DNA of 64,000 nucleotides from Candidatus Izimoplasma sp. HR2 (GCA_000753575.1 JRFF01000026.1:64238-128237), one strand, 5' to 3'. Positions 1 through 10,527 are shown, numbered from the stretch's first letter. Numbers and translations are program-made. Notes: a model not told the origin generated them from the sequence alone.

Positions 1-2
1 TT

Positions 3-1292
3 GAAGCTAAAATTGATATTGAAATGGCATCTAGTTGTTATATGAAAAATATTGAAAAATTAATTGAAACATCAATAATTAATGAAAATGATATTAATGC
101 TGCTGTAGGGCGTATTTTATCTTTTAAAAATGAACTTGGACTTTTCGATAATCCTTATGGACATGCAAATATAGATGATGAAAAGAGATTAATTAAATCT
201 AAAGAACATTTAGCTAAAGCGAAAGAAATTGCACAAGAGTGTGCAGTTTTACTGAAAAATGAAAGTAATATACTTCCATTGTCAAATAATTCTAAAGTTG
301 CAGTAGTTGGACCTTATGCTACATCAAAATCAACTAATGGTGTTTGGTCTTGGAAGGGTAGCATAAATGATAACATATCACTATCAGAAGCTCTTATTAA
401 TCAAGGTGTAGATGTAGTTTACATTAATGGAGAAAATCCTCTTCCAACTGATATAGATATGTTAAGAGAAATAGATATTGTTATTTGTGCTCTTGGAGAA
501 GATATCGAAAAAACAGGAGAAGCTAAATCAATAGTTAATTTAGAGTTGCCTTTATTTCAAGTTGAGTGGATTAAACTTGCAAAGATTTTGAAGAAAAAAG
601 TTGTAACTGTTCTTTATAATGGTAGACCATTAGTTCTTAACAATATCGATCAATCAGATGCAATATTAGAAGCATGGTATTTAGGATCGAAATCAAATGA
701 AGCCTTAACTGATTTATTAATAGGAAAAATTAATCCTTCAGGAAAATTAACAATGAGTTTCCCACGTCATGAAGGTCAAATTCCAATATATTATAATCAC
801 TTAACTACGGGTAGGCCTTTTAATAAAGACGTACATAATATTTATACTTCTTTTTACTTAGATTGTGAAAGAACTCCAAAGTATCCATTTGGATATGGAT
901 TATCTTATTCCAAATTTGAATATGAAAACATGATTATGAGTGATAAGGAAATCTATTTAGATGAATCTATAACCGCATCAATTACAATTACGAATAAATC
1001 CAATGTAGCAGGATATGAAATTGTTCAATTATATATTCAGGATGAAGTTTCTAAAATTGCACGACCTGAGAAAGAACTAAAAGGATTTAAAAAAATCTTG
1101 ATACAACCATATGAAACAAAAACTGTTAAATTCAATATATGTATTAAAGATTTATCTTATATTAATTCTTTGGGTGAAACGAAGTATGAATATGGACGAT
1201 TTATTATTATGATTGGCTCAAATTCAAACAACGTTCAAAAAAAATACATATTTTTTAAGGAGAACAATAATGAGGATAAAAAATATACCTGA
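3..1292 (+). CDS. Glycoside hydrolase family 3 beta-glucosidase, C-terminal part (5' end lies outside window)
   Basis: The frame is open from the window edge. The translation shows a BglX-type GH3 C-terminal domain plus a Fn3-like tail (VAVVGPYA, YPFGYGLSY). Confidence 0.85.
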   Translation, partial: EAKIDIEMASSCYMKNIEKLIETSIINENDINAAVGRILSFKNELGLFDNPYGHANIDDEKRLIKSKEHLAKAKEIAQECAVLLKNESNILPLSNNSKVAVVGPYATSKSTNGVWSWKGSINDNISLSEALINQGVDVVYINGENPLPTDIDMLREIDIVICALGEDIEKTGEAKSIVNLELPLFQVEWIKLAKILKKKVVTVLYNGRPLVLNNIDQSDAILEAWYLGSKSNEALTDLLIGKINPSGKLTMSFPRHEGQIPIYYNHLTTGRPFNKDVHNIYTSFYLDCERTPKYPFGYGLSYSKFEYENMIMSDKEIYLDESITASITITNKSNVAGYEIVQLYIQDEVSKIARPEKELKGFKKILIQPYETKTVKFNICIKDLSYINSLGETKYEYGRFIIMIGSNSNNVQKKYIFFKENNNEDKKYT

Positions 1293-4200
1293 TAAGAAAC
1301 AAATAAGAAGTAATTCATTATTAATTAATTTTTTGTTATCTGGTGATATATATGATATAACATCAAAAAACAATATAATTAATTTATTTCGAGGGAACTT
1401 GTTAGATGGTTCAGTTGCGAATATATATCTAAAAGTTTTTAGTGAAGAAAATTCTTATACCACACCCTTGATAGGTGTGAAAAGTTTATCGTCATTTAAA
1501 ATTCTTGATAATAAGGCCGTATATAGTGGAGAATTTAAAGGTGTTAATTATCAAGTAACACTTATTTTAAATGAATCTACGTGGTATTATCAGATTTCAT
1601 ATAAATCTGATAAAGATTTAGCTGTCCAATTTTACTACGGTCAAGACGTTGGTATTAATCAAATATCTTCTGTACTTTCAAGTGAACCATATACGGTTCA
1701 GTATATTGATTATAAAGTATTCGAAGATGAATCCGGATATACACTTTGCGCACGTCAAAACCAAGGTGAAACTCAATTTTTACAAATTGGTTCTTCAATA
1801 AATACAATTGGATATACAACTGATGGATTTCAGTTTTTTGGAAAGGAATACAAATATTCAAATATTCCAATAGCGTATTCTCAAGAACGTTTAAGTTCTG
1901 AAATTTACCAATATGAATTTTCTTATTTAGCTTTACAAACAGAAACCTTATATTCAAAACAAGAAAATCAACATTTTGCCTTTTATGGTCATTATGATGG
2001 GTTATATAAAGATATAATTAAGAAACCAAAAGACATCGCAATACCTAATTATTATTATCTTCATCAAATTGAAAACATCGAAAAAAGAAAAGGTTTAATT
2101 CAAACAAACATTATTTTAAATGGTAAAAGTGTTGATGGAGACTATATAAAAGATAAATTTATTGATATAAGACATAAAGAATTTGAAGGAAATCAATTAA
2201 TTTCATTTTTCTGTGAAAATCATCATCATGTAGTAATGCAACGAAAAGAATTAATAGTAGAGCGTCCTCATGGACACTTGATGATACATGGAGATATTGA
2301 GAGAGCATCTGAAAATGTAATGGCTACAACTAATTTCATGTTTGGAGTTTTTAATTCTCATATAGTGCTAGGAAATACAACTTTTAATAAATTTTTAGGC
2401 GATGTAAGAAATCCACTAAATATTCAAAAAATTAGTGGGCAAAGGATATACATTTATATAGATGGAGAATATAAAATATTAGGATTGCCGTCATATTATG
2501 ATATGGGTGCAACTTCAACAACTTGGACATATGTTTTAGATGATGATATTTTAAAAATCTCATCTTTTGTAGATATAAAAGAAACAACTGAAAGATTGAT
2601 ATTTTCATCAAATAAATCTTACGACATAATTATTTCCCAACAAGTAGTAATGGGAAGTGAAGAGAATCTTTACGATATTGAATATACAATAGAAGAGGGT
2701 TGGTATACATTTATATCATCTCCAAATTCTATGATGAATAATGAATATCCAGAATTAAAATACAAGTTAAAAACTACACCACTTGCTCAAGTTTTATCTG
2801 AAGAAGATGGATTGGGATTTGAAGCTAAATCAGGGCTACTTTTACTTTCATTTAAAGAAACAAATGAAATTATAATTGATATTAAAGCTAGTTTAAATGG
2901 AAAAACAAGTACGAAGGGCAATATGGATTTTGCAGATCTTGATCAAAAAGGAACAAACTTTTTTGAATCATATTTAGGGAATTTAGTTATTGATTCAGAA
3001 GATCAGAAAATATCGAAAATCATTGATATAAGTTTCTGGTATACTCACAATGCACTAGTTCATTATTCTTCTCCACACGGATTGGAACAATATAATGGTG
3101 CTGCATGGGGAACAAGAGATGTTTGTCAAGGGCCAGCAGAGTTATTCATAGCAGCACAAAGATTTGATTTGGTTCGAAACATTATATTAAAAGTATATAA
3201 ACGTCAATTTTTAGAAAATGGTGATTTTCCACAATGGTTTATGTCAGATAAGTATTTTAAGATTCAAGCTCATGAAGCACATGGTGACATAATTATTTGG
3301 CCATTACGTTTACTAGCTTATTATCTTAGTCATACTGATGATTTTTCCATTTTAAATGAAAAAATTCCTTACATGTCTTTAGAGAATAACAATTATAGTA
3401 ATAATGAAACTCTTATGTCCCATGTGCATAAACAATTACAAGCTATTAACTCTACATTTATAATAGATACTCATCTACCAAAATATGGTGGTGGAGACTG
3501 GGATGATACATTACAACCTGCAAACCATAAGTTAAAAGAAAATATGGTATCTGGATGGACCGTAGCGCTTCTATATGAAACGATAAATGTTTTCTCAGAC
3601 CAAATAATAGATTATGATCTTGACCTGCACAAGGAATTAACTAGTATGAAGAATAATATTAAATTAGATTATGAGAAACATATAATTAAGGACAACCTTC
3701 CTGCTGGTTTTGTTGTTTTCGGAGAGACACCTAAAGTATTAATTCATCCACGAGACAAACAAACAGGAATTAAATATAGATTACTTCCATATTTAAGAAG
3801 CATTATATCTTCAATAGCAACACCAGAACAAAGTGAGATATATAAAAATATAATTCAAAACAAATTAAAACATCCAGATGGTGTTAGACTTATGGACAAG
3901 ACAGTAACTTATAATGGTGGGGAAAGAACATTTTTTCAAAGAGCTGAAACTGCAGCTAATTTTGGACGAGAAGTAGGATTACAATATGTTCATGCTCACA
4001 TAAGATATATTGAGGCTATGTATAACATAGGTTGTTCTGACGAGGCATATAAAGGATTTTATGAAGTGAATCCAATAACAATTCAAAATGTAGTTAAAAA
4101 CGCTTTTCATAGACAAGGTAATATGTATTTTTCAAGTTCTGATGCTAATGTAAAAACACGTTATGAAGCACAAGAAAATTTTGAAAAAATAAAAACTGGA

Positions 4201-4542
4201 CAAATTAATGTAAAGGGAGGATGGAGATTATACTCCTCTGGACCTGGAATTTATATCAAACAAGTAATTTCAAATTTACTGGGTATTGAACAATTACACA
4301 ATAAATTATTGATTGACCCAGAAGGATATAATGTTGCTAAACTGAAAAAAATAAATTATCATTTTCAAGGACAAAAAGTAGTTATAAATATCCATAAGGG
4401 AAAACCGAAAATTCTAGTGAACGATAATGTTGTTGAAGTTGATAAGATTTATAATCGTTATCGTTTTAAAGGATATTTGATTGATCCAATTTATTTTTTA
4501 GATAATGATGTAATAAAAATTGACTTGTGGATTAATACATAG
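1270..4542 (+). CDS. GH94-type glycoside phosphorylase, likely 1,2-beta-oligoglucan (sophorose-series) phosphorylase
   Basis: About 1090 aa. AAGGAG lies 7 nt upstream of the ATG at 1270. GAAWGTRDVCQGP and GGGDWDD motifs resemble GH94 catalytic domains. Size and pairing with GH3 recall the Listeria-type SOGP/BGL operon (from memory). Confidence 0.6.
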   Translation: MRIKNIPDKKQIRSNSLLINFLLSGDIYDITSKNNIINLFRGNLLDGSVANIYLKVFSEENSYTTPLIGVKSLSSFKILDNKAVYSGEFKGVNYQVTLILNESTWYYQISYKSDKDLAVQFYYGQDVGINQISSVLSSEPYTVQYIDYKVFEDESGYTLCARQNQGETQFLQIGSSINTIGYTTDGFQFFGKEYKYSNIPIAYSQERLSSEIYQYEFSYLALQTETLYSKQENQHFAFYGHYDGLYKDIIKKPKDIAIPNYYYLHQIENIEKRKGLIQTNIILNGKSVDGDYIKDKFIDIRHKEFEGNQLISFFCENHHHVVMQRKELIVERPHGHLMIHGDIERASENVMATTNFMFGVFNSHIVLGNTTFNKFLGDVRNPLNIQKISGQRIYIYIDGEYKILGLPSYYDMGATSTTWTYVLDDDILKISSFVDIKETTERLIFSSNKSYDIIISQQVVMGSEENLYDIEYTIEEGWYTFISSPNSMMNNEYPELKYKLKTTPLAQVLSEEDGLGFEAKSGLLLLSFKETNEIIIDIKASLNGKTSTKGNMDFADLDQKGTNFFESYLGNLVIDSEDQKISKIIDISFWYTHNALVHYSSPHGLEQYNGAAWGTRDVCQGPAELFIAAQRFDLVRNIILKVYKRQFLENGDFPQWFMSDKYFKIQAHEAHGDIIIWPLRLLAYYLSHTDDFSILNEKIPYMSLENNNYSNNETLMSHVHKQLQAINSTFIIDTHLPKYGGGDWDDTLQPANHKLKENMVSGWTVALLYETINVFSDQIIDYDLDLHKELTSMKNNIKLDYEKHIIKDNLPAGFVVFGETPKVLIHPRDKQTGIKYRLLPYLRSIISSIATPEQSEIYKNIIQNKLKHPDGVRLMDKTVTYNGGERTFFQRAETAANFGREVGLQYVHAHIRYIEAMYNIGCSDEAYKGFYEVNPITIQNVVKNAFHRQGNMYFSSSDANVKTRYEAQENFEKIKTGQINVKGGWRLYSSGPGIYIKQVISNLLGIEQLHNKLLIDPEGYNVAKLKKINYHFQGQKVVINIHKGKPKILVNDNVVEVDKIYNRYRFKGYLIDPIYFLDNDVIKIDLWINT

Positions 4543-4695
4543 TATAAGTCAATTTGATATTATAGATTAATAACTCTAAGTTCATGTTATAATCTGCCTT
4601 TACCTATGTATCTTAATTCTAATAAATCAACTAAAAAACCTCAAGAATATAGATACATTGCTATTATACGTGTTATAATAGAATTGGTGATAATT

Positions 4696-5364
4696 ATGAT
4701 TAATAATGATTGGAATAAAATACTAGAATCACAGTTTAATAAGTCTTACTTTAAAAACTTAATGGATTTTATTAATAATGAATATAATACTAAAATCATT
4801 TTTCCTAAAAAAGAGGATATTTTTAATGCGTTTAATTATTGTGATTTTAATGATGTTAAAGTTGTTGTTATTGGACAAGATCCATATCATAATTTTAATC
4901 AAGCACATGGACTCGCTTTCAGTGTCTTAAAAGGCAATAGGATTCCGCCTTCATTAAGAAATATATATAAAGAATTGAATAGTGATTTAGGAATTGATAT
5001 TCCAAATCACGGAGAACTAACAAACTGGGCTAATCAAGGGATATTATTAATGAATACTATACTAACAGTAGAAGCACATAAACCACTTAGTCATAAGTCT
5101 AGAGGGTGGGAACAGTTTACTGATGAAGTTATTCACATATTAAATAAAGATAACAGACCTAAAGTATTTGTTTTATGGGGTAATAATGCAATTAGTAAAA
5201 GTAACTTAATAACTAATAATAATCACCTTATAATAAGTTCAAGTCATCCTTCTCCACTATCAGCTAGACACTCTTTTTTTGGTAGTAAGTTATTCTCGAA
5301 AATCAATGATTTCTTAAAGGAAACTAATCAATTAGAAATTGATTTTAAAATTAAAGAAACATAA
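4696..5364 (+). CDS. ung: Uracil-DNA glycosylase
   Basis: GQDPYH and HPSPLS motifs are present. The internal ATG at 4696 gives the canonical length (about 222 aa). Confidence 0.92.
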   Translation: MINNDWNKILESQFNKSYFKNLMDFINNEYNTKIIFPKKEDIFNAFNYCDFNDVKVVVIGQDPYHNFNQAHGLAFSVLKGNRIPPSLRNIYKELNSDLGIDIPNHGELTNWANQGILLMNTILTVEAHKPLSHKSRGWEQFTDEVIHILNKDNRPKVFVLWGNNAISKSNLITNNNHLIISSSHPSPLSARHSFFGSKLFSKINDFLKETNQLEIDFKIKET

Positions 5365-5394
5365 AGGTTGAAAAATATAGTTCGTAGGAGTATC

Positions 5395-5495
5395 ATTAAT
5401 ATTAAGAGTAGCTATTCTGCGTTAAGTGTTATACCATGGGATGTCGGGTATAAACGAACACAAAACGTGGCGGTAGAATAGCGCGTCCGCTAATA
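5395..5495 (+). promoter_or_regulatory. THF (folT-motif) riboswitch
   Basis: AGAGTAG...CTGCGTTAAGTG...ATGGGATGTCG...AACGAA...GCGCGTCCGCT closely matches the remembered THF-I aptamer consensus. It lies directly upstream of a folate ECF S-component gene. Confidence 0.8.
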
Positions 5496-5553
5496 TATCG
5501 GAAGATATTTTTTTAAGTGGACCTCTCATAATACATTATGGAGGTTTTTTATT

Positions 5554-6081
5554 ATGGAAAATGGAAGTAGTTTTTTCACTACACGAACACTCAATAGAGC
5601 AGCAATGTTAATTGCTATGAGTGTTGTATTAAAGGCGTTTTTAAGTATCGAAGGTGGATTCTTTAGATTTACATTGTTTAGTATTCCACTAATTTTGTTA
5701 GGTATCCTACTTGGACCTTACATTGGAATTATAGCTGGGTTTATAGTTGACTGGATTTATGTTCTTATTTCACCATTCGCATTTACATTCAACTTAATGA
5801 CTTTGTCTACAATTGCATGGGCATTAATTCCTGCGTTATTCTTCTTTAAGAAAAGAGATTTATCATTAGTACAAATCTCAGCAGTAGTTGTTGTTACTAG
5901 CTTAATTGCATTCTCACTAAATACTTACCAACTATATATATGGGCTGGTAGTGGAGCACTTGCGAATGTTCCTCTAAGATTAGGAATAATGATGTTAACT
6001 TGGGGTATTCAAATTCCAGTTGTACATGTTATTTACCAAAGAGTTATTGTACACGAATTCAAATTAATAAAAATAAGATGA
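5554..6081 (+). CDS. folT: Folate-family ECF transporter S component
   Basis: 175-aa protein with about 6 TM segments, preceded by the THF riboswitch. GGAGG RBS. Confidence 0.75.
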   Translation: MENGSSFFTTRTLNRAAMLIAMSVVLKAFLSIEGGFFRFTLFSIPLILLGILLGPYIGIIAGFIVDWIYVLISPFAFTFNLMTLSTIAWALIPALFFFKKRDLSLVQISAVVVVTSLIAFSLNTYQLYIWAGSGALANVPLRLGIMMLTWGIQIPVVHVIYQRVIVHEFKLIKIR

Positions 6082-6107
6082 TTACTGAAAAGTAATCATC
6101 TTTTTTT
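6075..6107. terminator. Bidirectional intrinsic terminator shared by convergent genes
   Basis: Perfect 12-bp stem AAGATGATTACT/AGTAATCATCTT with a GAAA loop, an A-run 5' and a T-run 3'. It overlaps both stop codons. Confidence 0.7.
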
Positions 6108-6636
6108 GTATTTTTTGTATTTGTTTTTTCACTTTGACATTATCAAGAGGATGCTCCAAATCAGTCGAAGGGATTGTTATTATTTCGCTATAGTCAGGGT
6201 TAAACAGTAAATTAAGTATTTTATATGTTTGTTTAACTCCATCAAACATAGCTGTATTTATTCCACCTTGAGTAGAAACAATTATTAAGTTATTAAATCT
6301 TGGAATATTTGTATTTTTCAGTGAGAATTTTTGTTCAAAGAAACGTTGAAATCTATTGATTATTTTCATTGTTTGATCACTCATTGCTCCAAAATAAACA
6401 GGTGAAGATATTACTAAGGAATGAGCTTTGTATAGTAGGTCATAAATACCATCCATATCATCTCTTTTTACACAACCAATTTTACTATGGCAATACTTGC
6501 AATCATCACAACTATCTACATTTAGTTTATAGGTATCAATATATTTTATCTCTTCATTAGAATACTTTAAAATTTCTTTAGCTACACTAAGTGTTTTTGA
6601 ATCTTTATTTGGAGATCCATTAATTACTAATATCAT
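6082..6636 (-). CDS. Flavodoxin-like NAD(P)H-dependent FMN reductase / iron-sulfur flavoprotein
   Basis: MILVINGSPNK N-terminus of the FMN-reductase fold. CDDCKYCHSKIGC cysteine cluster as in Isf-type proteins. Confidence 0.65.
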   Translation of the reverse strand: MILVINGSPNKDSKTLSVAKEILKYSNEEIKYIDTYKLNVDSCDDCKYCHSKIGCVKRDDMDGIYDLLYKAHSLVISSPVYFGAMSDQTMKIINRFQRFFEQKFSLKNTNIPRFNNLIIVSTQGGINTAMFDGVKQTYKILNLLFNPDYSEIITIPSTDLEHPLDNVKVKKQIQKIQKKMITFQ

Positions 6637-6708
6637 AAAATCACCTCAAATTTATTATATCATTTTTTTAATTATTGTTAAGAAAAAAAGGTGGCAAAAT
6701 ATACCACC

Positions 6709-8793
6709 TTACATATTGATTATTTTTACTTCTCCTGGTCCTAAGTGAATATCTAATGTATTAATATCTAAAAACTGATTAAAAGAACGTGGTCCTTCAT
6801 GAGTTGAGAATAATAATTTCCCAGTTTTTGCGTTATTTTTAGATAAAGCTCTCAGTATTTTAATACTTGGTTTTGAATATACTTCATGATATGGATTACC
6901 ATTAGCTAAAACTAGTAATACATTATTCTTTGTATTTTTTGTATTTTTGTAAAAAGCCAATCCAATAAATGTTTTTGAACCATCGTCTGAATAAATTGGT
7001 TCATATGATTTGTTATTAGTAATTGTTTTAAGCCATTTCTTTCTAATACCTTTAACTATACCTAAAATATCTGGTAATTCCCATCTACGTTCGTTTGTAT
7101 AATGTAATTGGTATTTATCGAATAAAGCCAGTTTACCATTATAAGGATCATTTTCAGGTAAATTGTATTCCTCATTTTCACGACAATCAAGTCCTGTATT
7201 CATTGGTTGACGTTCAAAAATTTCTTGTCCACTATTAATGAAAGGGACACCGTTTGGCATAAACATATTAAGAACAGTTAACATTTTAGCTAGTTGTTCA
7301 TTACCATCTCTAGCAGCTAGTCTAGGTGTATCATGTGTTTCTCCACAAGCAAACAGTGGAAGAGGGAATGTATTAGAATTCATTACGAATTTTTGAAGTT
7401 TACCTTCAAATACTCTAGGTTCCATTGTAAATCCATTTCCAATAATCATATTATATCCAGCATCATATGCAAATTGAGCATTTGATACTTGAAGTTCTTC
7501 AGCTATAAAACTAAAATCTTTATCAGTTTCTCTTGCTTTTGAGATAATCATTTCTAGTAATTTAGAAGGAAGTGCATGTCCCATATCAATTCTAGCACCA
7601 TCAATACCAAATCTTCTTTGGTAACTAGGAACGATATCAGCTAATTTATCCCATAGTTTTAAATTAGGTATTTCACCATGATACATATTTGATTTGATTG
7701 TATCAAATAGAATATAAGGAGCTCTATCTTTTGTATCCAAGAAGTTAACTGTTTCTTTAGGGAAATCTTCATACATTCTAAAGAAAGTTACATCAGTCCA
7801 TGGTGGTTGTGGATCATTAATATGATCACTAAACGCTGGAGCTATTCTTAAGTTAAAGTTTTTTTCTATTGCAAGACTTAAATTCTTTTCATCTTTAATT
7901 TTATTCCATAAAACTTCATCTTGTTGTTTAGGGTTATATTCAAACATATTTATATGTCTATAAGTATCTTCACAGTTATAAACTTTTCCCATATTTTTAA
8001 CAGTAGGCTGTGCTGTATTCTTAATTCCATCAACTCTAGGGACTTTATAGTTATTGTATTCACTAGCTTTAATCCAATAGAACCAATCTGGATGATCTTT
8101 AATTAAATCATTCTCAACTGCGTTTGTACGAGGAATAATATCAATCATTACACGCATATCTAAGATATGGCAAGCTTCAACAAAAGCTTTAAATTCTTCT
8201 TCAAGAGTCATTAAATCTTTAGTTAATGCATCTTTTAAATTAGGGTCAAGTTCATTAAAATTAGAAACTCCATAAGGACTTCCTAATTCCCCTTTTTTAT
8301 CTTTTAAACTAAATTTAGATATTGGTAACATATAAACTGTATCAACACCTATTTTCTTTAGTAAAGGAAGCATTGCAAGCATTTTAACAAATGACCCAGT
8401 CTCAGGCATTTGATAAATATTACTTGATTCTAGACTACCAGAACGATCATTATCCCATGCTGCACTAGTACGGATCATTGTAGAATAAACAACACTTTGT
8501 TTAATCCAGTCTCCACCACGATAATTAGTTTTAGGAATCTTTTTGTTTGTACCTGATGATAGTGATATTTTATAATCAATATTATCTTTTTTATTTGGTA
8601 AAATATAATCTTTTATTACCGAAATATAAAAATCATATGGATTTACCATTAATTCATTAGTCTTTGTTCTTTTATATTTAGATTCGGCGTAACCAAAACA
8701 ATTCCATAAATCTGGAACCGTATAGTTGTACGTTTGATTGTCTTTATTAATTTGTAATGTTTGTAGTAACTTTTCTATTTTTAAGGTATTCAT
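6709..8793 (-). CDS. Alpha-amylase superfamily (GH13-like) glucan-active enzyme
   Basis: GARIDMGHALP (region II-like), FIAEEL and GETHDTPR motifs. Start taken at an internal ATG with an AGAGGCG RBS. Confidence 0.6.
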   Translation of the reverse strand: MNTLKIEKLLQTLQINKDNQTYNYTVPDLWNCFGYAESKYKRTKTNELMVNPYDFYISVIKDYILPNKKDNIDYKISLSSGTNKKIPKTNYRGGDWIKQSVVYSTMIRTSAAWDNDRSGSLESSNIYQMPETGSFVKMLAMLPLLKKIGVDTVYMLPISKFSLKDKKGELGSPYGVSNFNELDPNLKDALTKDLMTLEEEFKAFVEACHILDMRVMIDIIPRTNAVENDLIKDHPDWFYWIKASEYNNYKVPRVDGIKNTAQPTVKNMGKVYNCEDTYRHINMFEYNPKQQDEVLWNKIKDEKNLSLAIEKNFNLRIAPAFSDHINDPQPPWTDVTFFRMYEDFPKETVNFLDTKDRAPYILFDTIKSNMYHGEIPNLKLWDKLADIVPSYQRRFGIDGARIDMGHALPSKLLEMIISKARETDKDFSFIAEELQVSNAQFAYDAGYNMIIGNGFTMEPRVFEGKLQKFVMNSNTFPLPLFACGETHDTPRLAARDGNEQLAKMLTVLNMFMPNGVPFINSGQEIFERQPMNTGLDCRENEEYNLPENDPYNGKLALFDKYQLHYTNERRWELPDILGIVKGIRKKWLKTITNNKSYEPIYSDDGSKTFIGLAFYKNTKNTKNNVLLVLANGNPYHEVYSKPSIKILRALSKNNAKTGKLLFSTHEGPRSFNQFLDINTLDIHLGPGEVKIINM

Positions 8794-8937
8794 AGTAATC
8801 GCCTCTTGTCTATTATTATATAATAACATGTTTTAAAAAGATATTAAAAATGAAAACATGAAAACGCTACCGCACATTGTATTTCTCTATGAATAATAGG
8901 GTAAAAGGAGTATAATATTTCAAGTAGAGGTGATTAT

Positions 8938-10452
8938 ATGAAGAAACCAGTAATATTAATTATAATGGATGGATTTGGAATTAGTGATAATGAAGTTGGG
9001 AATGCTGTAAAATTGGCTAATACTCCTAATTTAGATATCTTAATGAAAGAATATCCATTAAACTATTTAAACGCAAGTGGACTTAGTGTAGGGCTTCCTG
9101 ATGGACAAATGGGTAATAGTGAAGTAGGACATTTGAACTTAGGTGCAGGAAGAGTAGTATTCCAATCATTAAGTAGAATTAATAAAAGTATTAAAGATGG
9201 AAGTTTTTATGATAATAAAGCTTATTTAAATGCAATTGATAATGTACTTAAAAATGATTCTAAGTTACATTTCTTTGGATTATTAAGTGATGGTGGAGTT
9301 CATTCACATATAAAACATATTAAAGCATTATTTGATTTAGCTAAAAGTAAAGGTGTTAAAGAAACATATTTTCATGCATTCTTAGATGGAAGAGATGTTC
9401 CACCAACTTCTGCTGTATCTTATATAGAAGATCTAGAAAATCACATGGCTAGTATTAATTATGGTAAAATCGCAAGTATTCATGGTAGATATTATGGAAT
9501 GGACCGTGATAAAAACTGGGATAGAGTTCAACTTTCTTATGATGTAATTGTTGAAGCTAAAGGTAAAAAAGCTAAAACTGCAAGTGCTGGAGTACTTGCT
9601 TCATATGAAGATGGTGTAGTAGATGAATTTGTTATTCCGTTTATTGTAGTTCCTGAAGGTATTGTTGAAAATAAAGATAGTGTAATTTTTGCTAACTTTA
9701 GACCAGATAGAGCGATTGAAATAGGAACAGCTATTTCTAACCCTGAAGCTTCAGGATTAGATTATAGTAATGGTCCAACTGATGTTACTTTTGTTTCAAC
9801 TATGTCTTATAGTCCAACAGTAAAAGGTGAAATTGCATTTAGTCTTCAAAAACTAAATAATATGTTTGGTGATGTTGTTAGTAATGCAGGAATGAATCAA
9901 TTAAGAATTGCTGAAACTGAAAAATATGCTCATGTTACATTCTTCTTTGATGGTGGAATGGATAAAGAGATATTAAATAGTGATAGAGCATTAATTAATA
10001 GTCCTAAGGTTGCAACATACGATTTACAACCTGAGATGAGTGCTTATTTAGTAACTGATAGAATTTTAGATGAAATAGCTAGTAATAAACATGACGTTAT
10101 TATTTTAAACTTTGCAAATTGCGATATGGTAGGACACACAGGTGTTATTCCAGCCGCAATTAAAGCAGTTGAAACTGTAGATGAATGTGTTGGTAAAGTA
10201 GTAGATGCTATTCTTGATAAAGAAGGTGTAGCTATTATTACCGCAGATCACGGTAATGCTGAAAAAATGTTAGATGAAAATGGTAATGTATTTACAGCTC
10301 ATACAATTAGTAAAGTACCTGTAATTATTACTAAAAAAGGTATTGAAATTAGAGATGGTGGAGTATTAGCTGACGTTGCTCCAACAATGCTTGAATTCTT
10401 AAATATTGAAAAACCTGTTGAAATGACAGGAGTTAGTTTAATTAAAAAATAA
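8938..10452 (+). CDS. gpmI: 2,3-bisphosphoglycerate-independent phosphoglycerate mutase
   Basis: Full-length 504 aa with MDGFG...GNSEVGH...ADHGNAE motifs. Confidence 0.95.
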   Translation: MKKPVILIIMDGFGISDNEVGNAVKLANTPNLDILMKEYPLNYLNASGLSVGLPDGQMGNSEVGHLNLGAGRVVFQSLSRINKSIKDGSFYDNKAYLNAIDNVLKNDSKLHFFGLLSDGGVHSHIKHIKALFDLAKSKGVKETYFHAFLDGRDVPPTSAVSYIEDLENHMASINYGKIASIHGRYYGMDRDKNWDRVQLSYDVIVEAKGKKAKTASAGVLASYEDGVVDEFVIPFIVVPEGIVENKDSVIFANFRPDRAIEIGTAISNPEASGLDYSNGPTDVTFVSTMSYSPTVKGEIAFSLQKLNNMFGDVVSNAGMNQLRIAETEKYAHVTFFFDGGMDKEILNSDRALINSPKVATYDLQPEMSAYLVTDRILDEIASNKHDVIILNFANCDMVGHTGVIPAAIKAVETVDECVGKVVDAILDKEGVAIITADHGNAEKMLDENGNVFTAHTISKVPVIITKKGIEIRDGGVLADVAPTMLEFLNIEKPVEMTGVSLIKK

Positions 10453-10455
10453 ATG

Positions 10456-10492
10456 TAAGTTAGTAAGTACGAGTTACTTACTAACTTTTTTT
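10456..10492 (+). terminator. Intrinsic terminator after gpmI
   Basis: AGTTAGTAAGTA...TACTTACTAACT stem followed by T7. Confidence 0.7.
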
Positions 10493-10527
10493 AATAGTTT
10501 TGTGGTATAATTTAAGAGGTGATAAAA

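Noticed and set aside
1655-1957. Short antisense or alternative-frame ORFs listed in the track. Examples: 1655-1957, 6369-6560, 7921-8106, 14863-15099, 16159-16365, 22281-22577, 23049-23354, 25164-25430, 26430-26879, 27738-27920, 29583-29852, 30929-31120, 36414-36608, 38012-39949 set, 44475-44669, 46166-46375, 47413-47736, 49109-49333, 55969-56160, 59910-60161.
   Set aside because: Each is nested inside a longer ORF with clear family motifs on the other strand or frame. They lack RBSs and have odd composition.
8859-8872. cre-like site TGAAAACGCTACCG between the GH13 gene and gpmI
   Set aside because: It departs from the TGWAANCGNTNWCA consensus at the 3' half-site. It is plausible but not supportable from one sequence.
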